Below, piece by piece: positions 56,958 through 64,000 of a stretch of DNA of 64,000 nucleotides. The stretch is from contig JBFLWF010000003.1 in assembly GCA_040758355.1 (NCBI GenBank), positions 32,001 through 96,000 of the forward strand, in the 5' to 3' direction. The stretch's first letter is position 1, and each line of letters opens with the position of its first letter. The position numbers and the translations under genes are program-made. This stretch comes from Nitrospirota bacterium (lineage in GTDB: Bacteria; Nitrospirota; Thermodesulfovibrionia; Thermodesulfovibrionales; Dissulfurispiraceae). A model generated the notes under the pieces. The model ran no database searches and was not told where the DNA came from. It saw only the letters and a list, made by a program, of their open reading frames with translations.

Positions 56958-58295
56958 TCACTCTATTGCATAGGCATTCATCTTCTCCCAGAGCGTCTTT
57001 CTGCTGATTCCGAGCATTTCCGCAGCCCGGGTTTTGTTGCCCTTTGTGGTTTTTAATATTCTGATTATATGCTCTTTTTCTGCCTCTGCTGCCACATCGG
57101 AAAGGGAAAAATGTCTTTTGTCATCACTTTTTTCGAATATAAAAGAAGGAAGGTCATCTTTCTGAATTATATCGGTAGTGGCAAGGGTTGCGCATCTCTC
57201 CACAATATTTTCGAGCTCCCTTACATTCCCTGGATAGTCATACCTGAGAAGGGCGTTCATTGCATCAACCGAGAAGCGGATATTTCTCGAAAGCTTGTTT
57301 GCGCATTTGCTTAAAAAGAAATCGATAAGATTAGGCATATCTTCCTTGCGCTCCCTTAAGGGCGGAAGTGTTATAGGTATCACATTGAGGCGGTAATAAA
57401 GGTCTTCCCTGAAATTGCCTTTCTTTACCTCATCTTCGAGATTCCTGTTTGTTGCTGCAATTATCCTTACATCCACATTCAAGGTATCGGTGCCGCCTAC
57501 CCTCTCAAATGTCCTTTCCTGAATCACTCTTAAAAGTTTTGACTGGGTTGATAGGGGCAGATTGCCTATCTCGTCAAGGAAGATGGTGCCGCCATTGGCA
57601 AGTTCAAACCTCCCCGCTTTCCTTTTTATCGCACCGGTGAACGCACCCTTTTCATGGCCGAACATCTCGCTCTCTATCAGACCCTCGGGCAGTGCTGCAC
57701 AGTTTACCTTTATCAGGGGTTTGTCCTTCCGCTTGCTCTGATAATGAATTGTGGTCGCTATAAGTTCCTTTCCTGTACCGCTTTCTCCGAGTATTAAGAC
57801 TGTCGAATCAGACCCGGCAACCTTTTCGACCAATGAGAAGACCTTCTTCATCTCCTCACTTTCGCCGATTATATTAGGGAAACAGTAGCATCTGCTCAGG
57901 TCTTTCTTGAGCCTTATATTTTCATCCTTAAGCCTCTTTACATCCAGGGCCCTTTCTATCAGCAAAAGGAATTCGTCCAGAGAAAACGGTTTTGTTATGT
58001 AGTCGAATGCACCGAGTTTCATCGCATCTACAGCATCTTTTATTGTGCCAAAGGCAGTCATCACAATTACCTGCGCCTCATTTGTCCTTGTAATTTGCCG
58101 TAGTATGTCGATACCGTCAATATCAGGGAGCCTTACATCGGTAACCAGCACATCGAATGAATTATCTCTCAGGAAATTTAGGGCCTCCATGCCTGTTTCA
58201 AAAGATATGACCTCATATCCTGCCGACTTAAGGGCGTCATCGAGAGTAACCCTCATCAATTTTTCGTCTTCTATTAATATAACCGTTTCATTCAT
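56958..58295 (-). CDS. sigma54-dependent response regulator (ArrR/AioR-like)
   Basis: REC, GESGTGKE, EMFGHEKGAFTGA, HTH ending GISRKTLWEK as in AioR/ArxR-type activators. Confidence 0.93.
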   Translation of the reverse strand: MNETVILIEDEKLMRVTLDDALKSAGYEVISFETGMEALNFLRDNSFDVLVTDVRLPDIDGIDILRQITRTNEAQVIVMTAFGTIKDAVDAMKLGAFDYITKPFSLDEFLLLIERALDVKRLKDENIRLKKDLSRCYCFPNIIGESEEMKKVFSLVEKVAGSDSTVLILGESGTGKELIATTIHYQSKRKDKPLIKVNCAALPEGLIESEMFGHEKGAFTGAIKRKAGRFELANGGTIFLDEIGNLPLSTQSKLLRVIQERTFERVGGTDTLNVDVRIIAATNRNLEDEVKKGNFREDLYYRLNVIPITLPPLRERKEDMPNLIDFFLSKCANKLSRNIRFSVDAMNALLRYDYPGNVRELENIVERCATLATTDIIQKDDLPSFIFEKSDDKRHFSLSDVAAEAEKEHIIRILKTTKGNKTRAAEMLGISRKTLWEKMNAYAIE

Positions 58296-59764
58296 ATGCT
58301 TGGGTCTACTGGAAAGGTCAGTATAAACTTACTGCCCTTCCCAACCTCGCTTTCAACGGAGATTTCTCCATTATAATTTCTGACTATGTCATAACTCAAC
58401 CACAAGCCGAGCCCCGTTCCTTCTCCAGGAGGTTTCGTTGTAAAAAACGGGTCGAATATCTTGCCTAAATTTTCTTGAGAAATGCCCTCGCCTGTATCTA
58501 TAACTTCCACTTTTATTTTCGAATCCTCCTTATATCCCCTGACAGCCAAATATCCCTCATACTTCATGGCATGGATTGCATTTATAAAGAGATTTAAAAT
58601 CACCTGATGAAAATCGTGGGGGTCAAAGATAATAAAAAGTCCGTCCTCCACCTCGTTGGCAAATTGGATATTGCCTTTCTTGAGTTTATATCCCACAAAT
58701 GTGTAGACGCCGTTTATAGAATCTTTGATATTAATGCTGATGGGCGTGTGGTCTCCTTTCCTGGACATCCACAAAAGCTTGCTTACGGTATTTTCTATCC
58801 GGTCAAGCCCCTCTTTTATCAGATCCAGATATTTTCCCCTTAATTCAGGATTATTGCCGTTGAGCTTCAAGATCTGCACGCAGTTAAATACTCCTCCGAG
58901 AGGATTGTTTATCTCATGGGCAACGCCTGCGGCAAGTATGCCTACGGATGCAAGCTTTTCTGATTGTACCAGCTTTTCATGGGTTTTTCTGAGTTCTTCG
59001 TTTGCCTGCTTTATCCTCTCTATCATGTTATTAAACCTCTCGCCGAGGACGGCAAGCTCATCATGTCCCTTCACCTCAACTTTGACATCGAGATAGTCGC
59101 CCCCTGTTTTTTCCATGGTAGCGGCAAGCTGTGTTATGGGGCTTATAAAGCGGTTGCTCAAGAGAAGTATGACGCCGAACCCTGCAATAATAAGGAACAA
59201 TGTGAGAATGATAATCTTTTTAATGGAGGCAACAATCTCCTTTTCGACCTTTTCGAGGGATATTGCGAACTTCAATGTTCCCCAACGCTTTTTCCCTATA
59301 GAAAGCGGGACCCCGAAATCGAGGGCATTATGTCCGCTGTGCGAAAAACTGTGTATTACGGCATCATTTGCTTGTAATGCCTTTACAGTTGAGGGGTCTG
59401 AATATATCTTTCCGTACTCCGCAATATTGTTGTGAGATATTATCTTTCCCTCCTCATCCAGAATAGCTATGTAAATCAAATCCACATCGCGCCTGTTGAA
59501 TATCTCCATTATGTAATTATCGAGCAAGCCGCCTTCCTCCACCAATCCAAGCCTTTCATAAATGAGGTCGTTGATTATCGGTATGGCGAGGGTCTCTCCA
59601 AGCAATCGTCCCTGCCTTTCGACCTCGGTGTATAGTATATTCTTTCCTCTCTGGACAGCCATATAACCTATTATCCCCATGAGAAGTATAATGGCTACTG
59701 TCGTAATCAAAATGAATTTAGACCTCAGACTTAATCTTGAGAAAAAAGCAGTAATCGTATTCAT
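58292..59764 (-). CDS. Sensor histidine kinase (ArrS/AioS-like)
   Basis: Two TMs, HAMP, AGVAHEINNPLGG, FDPFFTTKPPGEGTGLGL. Confidence 0.93.
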   Translation of the reverse strand: MNTITAFFSRLSLRSKFILITTVAIILLMGIIGYMAVQRGKNILYTEVERQGRLLGETLAIPIINDLIYERLGLVEEGGLLDNYIMEIFNRRDVDLIYIAILDEEGKIISHNNIAEYGKIYSDPSTVKALQANDAVIHSFSHSGHNALDFGVPLSIGKKRWGTLKFAISLEKVEKEIVASIKKIIILTLFLIIAGFGVILLLSNRFISPITQLAATMEKTGGDYLDVKVEVKGHDELAVLGERFNNMIERIKQANEELRKTHEKLVQSEKLASVGILAAGVAHEINNPLGGVFNCVQILKLNGNNPELRGKYLDLIKEGLDRIENTVSKLLWMSRKGDHTPISINIKDSINGVYTFVGYKLKKGNIQFANEVEDGLFIIFDPHDFHQVILNLFINAIHAMKYEGYLAVRGYKEDSKIKVEVIDTGEGISQENLGKIFDPFFTTKPPGEGTGLGLWLSYDIVRNYNGEISVESEVGKGSKFILTFPVDPSI

Positions 59765-61461
59765 AACCTTATCTTTGGATGGCAGCCCTTACCGCATGTC
59801 TGGGGCACTGCATTAATCTTCGCCCGTATATCAGCATAATCTTTATCCGACGCCTCCATGAAACCATTTCTGAAGTCATCATCGAGCCTTTTTAATATCT
59901 TCTGATGGTTTGAGCTGTTGGGATCCAGATCAAGCAATGCCTTTTTTATATTCTCTATCATGGCAAAAGGCGTACCCGGGCCTACGACAAGGGGGCCTGT
60001 TGGGATGTCAGGAGATTCGGCTATTACCTCGATGCCGAGTTTCATATATTTCCTTGCCACCGAATCGCGCACAGCACCCGCATCGTACTGCCCCTTCAAA
60101 ACCGCCTTGACAACCGAGTCATGATAATCGAAATTAGCATAACCGCCCAGCTCATTAAGGTGAATTCCTGAGTTTGCAAGGAGATAGCGGGGCATTAAAT
60201 TTCCTGATGTTGATTTGGAAGCCGAAAAAGCCATGATCTTTCCTTTTAGTCCATTGGTATCGTTTACAGATGAATCCCTTCTCTTTATTATTACGCTCTT
60301 ATAGGAGGCATTACCGTCGATTCCCCTCGGTTTAAGTATGCATATGGCCCCGTATTTTGCGCGTGCTTCGAGGTATGTCAGAGGGCCGAGAAGCGCAACC
60401 TCAACTTCTCCGCGGCCAAGGGCCTCCACAGTGTCTTCATAATTTTTCTTTATAACAAGCTCATATGCGTAGGGCGTCTTTTCGGAGAGGTAGTCAAGGA
60501 GCGGCTGGTATTTTTCGTATAATATTCTCGGGTTGTCCCTCGGTATTACGCCGAAAGAAACCATTTTTTTACCATTCGTCTTTTTAGCCACCATAACATC
60601 ATTTTTAATAGAGCGCTCCATTTCCCTTATTGAATCATAAGCACTGTCCGATATCTGCACAAAACCGTCTATCATCATGTCGTTAAGTATTGCGGCCCCC
60701 TTTGCTGTTTTATGCATGTTCAAGAAGGCATCCCTTATTTTTTTCTTGAGATTCTCATCGATGTCTTTAGTTACTACAACAGGAGGGATTCCATACGGCG
60801 GCGATCTTTTTATGACCTTAGTCTGTTTTGCATAGGGCGAGCCCTTCTTTACCATATATTCATAGACAATGCTTTCGACAGCAGCGCCGTCTACAACCTT
60901 TTTAGCTACCAGCTCCACTGATTTATTATGGCTGTAGCTGTACATAACCCTCTTAAAAAATTTCTCGGGGGTAAATCCCATTGTCTTCAACAGATGTGTA
61001 GGATACAGTTTGCCTGTGTTGGATTTGGGATCGGTAAAGGCGAAAAACTTACCTTTCAACTCGGGAAAGGACTGAACCGGACTATCCTTATGGACAATTA
61101 TGTATGAATGATATGATGCCTTCCCGTTTACGCTTGGGGCAACGAGGATCTCGACGCCGAATTTCTCGCGGTTTTTAACATACGGCGCAGAACAAATAAA
61201 TGCAACTTTAACTTCCCCTCTTTCGAGCATTGTGTCCATCTCGTCATATGTCCTTCTGTGAACCATCTGTACAGGCTGTTTTATCTGCTCGCCTATGTAA
61301 TCGATTATTTCCTGATAATACTTGACAGCGTCGACAGGCGTAATCATCGATGATACGCCGATTTTGATTGTATTGTCCTGCTGCGATAAAGAGTCGTGAG
61401 GGAGGCAAAAGACCGAAACAAAAACAAACAAAAGAAGTAAAATTAAATTGAAGCGTCTCAT
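59761..61461 (-). CDS. Tandem two-domain PhnD/AioX-like periplasmic binding protein
   Basis: Signal peptide. Domain 1: AFICSAPY, FAFTDPKSNTG, YSHNKSV. Domain 2: ALLGPLTY, AFSASKSTSG, YHDSVV. C-terminal TCGKGCH. Confidence 0.88.
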   Translation of the reverse strand: MRRFNLILLLLFVFVSVFCLPHDSLSQQDNTIKIGVSSMITPVDAVKYYQEIIDYIGEQIKQPVQMVHRRTYDEMDTMLERGEVKVAFICSAPYVKNREKFGVEILVAPSVNGKASYHSYIIVHKDSPVQSFPELKGKFFAFTDPKSNTGKLYPTHLLKTMGFTPEKFFKRVMYSYSHNKSVELVAKKVVDGAAVESIVYEYMVKKGSPYAKQTKVIKRSPPYGIPPVVVTKDIDENLKKKIRDAFLNMHKTAKGAAILNDMMIDGFVQISDSAYDSIREMERSIKNDVMVAKKTNGKKMVSFGVIPRDNPRILYEKYQPLLDYLSEKTPYAYELVIKKNYEDTVEALGRGEVEVALLGPLTYLEARAKYGAICILKPRGIDGNASYKSVIIKRRDSSVNDTNGLKGKIMAFSASKSTSGNLMPRYLLANSGIHLNELGGYANFDYHDSVVKAVLKGQYDAGAVRDSVARKYMKLGIEVIAESPDIPTGPLVVGPGTPFAMIENIKKALLDLDPNSSNHQKILKRLDDDFRNGFMEASDKDYADIRAKINAVPQTCGKGCHPKIRL

Positions 61462-61515
61462 CTCATCTTCATTATAACATCTTTACCACATTAGAAAATG
61501 CTTTTCTAACGGGGT

Positions 61516-64000
61516 TTATATCCCTGTCGTTAAATCGGGCGAAGGGGTGCCGATGTAATAGCCCTGGCCGTAATCTATGCCCAGTGCCTTTATTGCATCG
61601 AGGATGTCTTTATTCTCAACATATTCGGCAACGGTTTTTATATTGAACTCCTTTGCCAATACCAGCATGGTCTTGACAATAGCCATGTCCTTTTCGCTCC
61701 GCACCATGCTCCTTATGAAGTCACCATCTATCTTCACGAAGTCTATGGGGAACCTCTTCACATAGTGGAATGACGAAAGGCCTGATCCGAAGTCATCGAT
61801 GGAAAATCCGAACCCCTCGAACTTGAGGTTATCAACAAATTTTTCGAGCAGCGATATGTTTTTTACTGTATCCCTCTCTGTTATTTCAAAGACAACCTTG
61901 CTGTTGTCGATGTCGTACTGCTTTGCAAGTTTCAGTATATTTGGTATAAATTCGCTCAAAATTAAGGACTTTGTGGACAGGTTGATAAACAGGTACCCTT
62001 TATAACCTTCAACCTTCACCTTTTCAAAGACCTTTTCCATGAGTATAAGATCAAGCTTGCTTATGGCCCCAAGCCTTTCTGCAACCTCTATGAATTCCCT
62101 TGCATTGAGGATGCCCTTGTCGGTCTCCATTCTGCTGAAGACCTCGCAACACTCTATCTCGCCTGTCTTTATATTGATTATGGGTTGGAAATACGGTGTT
62201 ATTTTCTTTTCTTCTATTGCGTTGGAGACTATAAAGGTCTTTTCGCTTAAGGTCTTAAACACGTCTATTATATCCTTCTGCGTGGGTATGATTATCCTGT
62301 TTTTGCCCTCGGCCTTTGCCTTGTACATCATATTGTCTGCGAATATAAATAAGTCCTTGGCATTGTCAGCATGGTCGGGAAATACAGACAATCCCATAGA
62401 AACAGTGGCTTTGACATGCGTTCCATCGGGGGCTGTAAGGTATAACCTTTCCAGATGCTCTTTTGTCCTGCCTGCAGCCACAAATGCCTGCTCTTCATCG
62501 GCCTCCGGAAGCACAACAACAAACTCATCGCCTCCGTATCTTGCGAGTATATCCCCCTGTCTTAATGACTCTTTTATCTTCACGGCAAATTCCGACAAAA
62601 ACTTATCGCCAAATGCATGACCGTACGAATCGTTGATATTTTTAAAGTTGTCAAGGTCGATGACTAATATAGAAAATTTATACTCATACCTCTTTGCCCT
62701 TCCTATCTCATAGCCAAGCAATTCCCAGAAAACCCTCTGGTTATAAAGGTTTGTCAGTGGATCCCTCGTGGCATAGTATTCCAGGTCCTTCGTATATTTC
62801 GATATGGCCTTTATGGAGCCCACAACATTCAAAAGTGTCGTAAGAATGCCGTCTATTACGAGGGAACGGATCGGGTCGTCTGTTATTTTAGACTGCACAC
62901 CAATCCCGACCACGCCGCCTATCTGTGGGGTTTCAAGGATAAGTGACTTTGTCTGGAATTCTATATCCCTTTCGTTGAGCTCGGGCAAATGTGAAGATGG
63001 GTCAGCAATATTGTGATTGGTCGTCAATTCGGTTATCTCGCTGAACTTGCTGCTTTTATCTCTGATATGCTTGAGAACTATGGTTTCAAACCGTTCCTTT
63101 GTGAGATCGGTAGGCGTATTCCTCCAGAATATCTCGAGGTCGTAAAACACTTCGTCCACCTGAAATATGGAAAATAGGGTATATGCCTCCATAACCTTAT
63201 TTACTTCCAGAAGCAGGTATCCTACATATTCCTTCCAATCCCTTACTACCTCCGATGTGATTACGAACTTCTCAAGCACCTTTATCTCGAACTCGAGAAT
63301 ATCTCTGTCAACAGCAAGACTCCTGATTTTTCTGGAAAGCTCTCTGACCTCCGACAATGTCTCGTTAAACTCCTTAAAGCCTGTCTCGACAAGATCAAGA
63401 TTGTTAAGTTTTGTCAAATCCTTGATGCTGTTTATTTCGCTGACCTGCTTGTGGAAAAAGTTAGTAGAACTCTTTATCCTCTTATTCAAAAAAAGAGCAA
63501 CAGCCCCTGCCATAATAAATGGAATGGGGAAAAGGATAAAAAAGAATGCATTGAATCTCTTTTTTGCTTCATTAATTGCAGGGCTTATATCCTGCTGCAC
63601 CTTCATTACGCCGAGGACTTCATCGACTCTTGCATGGACATGGCATTTAAGGCATTTCACGTCTGCTTTAATAGGATAAATGTTTATAACATTCGAATTA
63701 TCTTTATAAGTTATGGCATCTCCCGAACTAAAGGCATCCCTGATATTTTTACCAATCTCAGACTGCTCTATTTTACCGTAATCCCTTTCAACAGATTCTC
63801 CCCTGAACATATCAATCTTGTATGGGAACTGGGTGTGGACGCCTTTTATAGAATCGAGAAATGTCTTTAGTTCATCCCTGCTCCAGCCGCGCTCCATAAG
63901 CTGGAGCATGGAGTTGAATATCTGATGCGATATTGCGTCGGAAACTTCATCTGCATTTTTTATAAAGGCATGACGGTAAATGGATGACACAACAAGATAT
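61516..64000 (-). CDS. GGDEF-EAL protein with periplasmic c-heme motif (N-terminus probably beyond window)
   Basis: CLKCH, TM, ARYGGDEF, EVF variant EAL, DDFGSG, FVKIDG, QGYY. Confidence 0.92.
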   Translation of the reverse strand, partial: YLVVSSIYRHAFIKNADEVSDAISHQIFNSMLQLMERGWSRDELKTFLDSIKGVHTQFPYKIDMFRGESVERDYGKIEQSEIGKNIRDAFSSGDAITYKDNSNVINIYPIKADVKCLKCHVHARVDEVLGVMKVQQDISPAINEAKKRFNAFFFILFPIPFIMAGAVALFLNKRIKSSTNFFHKQVSEINSIKDLTKLNNLDLVETGFKEFNETLSEVRELSRKIRSLAVDRDILEFEIKVLEKFVITSEVVRDWKEYVGYLLLEVNKVMEAYTLFSIFQVDEVFYDLEIFWRNTPTDLTKERFETIVLKHIRDKSSKFSEITELTTNHNIADPSSHLPELNERDIEFQTKSLILETPQIGGVVGIGVQSKITDDPIRSLVIDGILTTLLNVVGSIKAISKYTKDLEYYATRDPLTNLYNQRVFWELLGYEIGRAKRYEYKFSILVIDLDNFKNINDSYGHAFGDKFLSEFAVKIKESLRQGDILARYGGDEFVVVLPEADEEQAFVAAGRTKEHLERLYLTAPDGTHVKATVSMGLSVFPDHADNAKDLFIFADNMMYKAKAEGKNRIIIPTQKDIIDVFKTLSEKTFIVSNAIEEKKITPYFQPIINIKTGEIECCEVFSRMETDKGILNAREFIEVAERLGAISKLDLILMEKVFEKVKVEGYKGYLFINLSTKSLILSEFIPNILKLAKQYDIDNSKVVFEITERDTVKNISLLEKFVDNLKFEGFGFSIDDFGSGLSSFHYVKRFPIDFVKIDGDFIRSMVRSEKDMAIVKTMLVLAKEFNIKTVAEYVENKDILDAIKALGIDYGQGYYIGTPSPDLTTGI

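Noticed and set aside
1..64000. CRISPR array, tRNA/rRNA, integrase or transposase
   Set aside because: No regularly spaced repeat-spacer array, RNA gene or recombinase motif was recognised. The repeats present are dispersed palindromes or short tandem arrays.

Overview
Gene-dense bacterial chromosomal window. Gene content and protein style suggest an anaerobe resembling Nitrospirota/Thermodesulfovibrionia (inference only). Left part: partial TamB/AsmA-like gene, glnD, a MacAB-type exporter with a frameshifted permease, and a HydC/HydB-like + selenocysteine formate dehydrogenase + cNMP protein + fhs operon. These are followed by uvrA, apbE, yacG, dapB, rubredoxin/ferritin-like genes, ilvBN and a fluoride riboswitch-crcB-DUF190 unit. 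Right part: a metalloid-respiration and signalling region with a Cys-substituted PstS-like sensor/kinase/sigma54-activator module upstream of a His-rich beta-propeller, tat and Mo-cofactor accessory genes, a respiratory arsenate reductase operon (arrA-arrB-arrD-FeS, no arrC), an ~11-heme membrane-anchored cytochrome and an AioX/ArrT-like tandem binding protein-kinase-sigma54 activator. Main unannotated signals: (1) a three-copy ~210-bp rod-like palindromic element with compensatory base changes; (2) near-identical sigma54 promoter + TGTTAC-N6-GTAACA site architecture upstream of arrA and the multiheme cytochrome; (3) a PstS-fold protein with Cys at oxyanion-binding positions; (4) many 7/8-mer tandem repeats, some inserted in frame in proteins. 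No tRNA/rRNA, CRISPR array, integrase or transposase was recognised.
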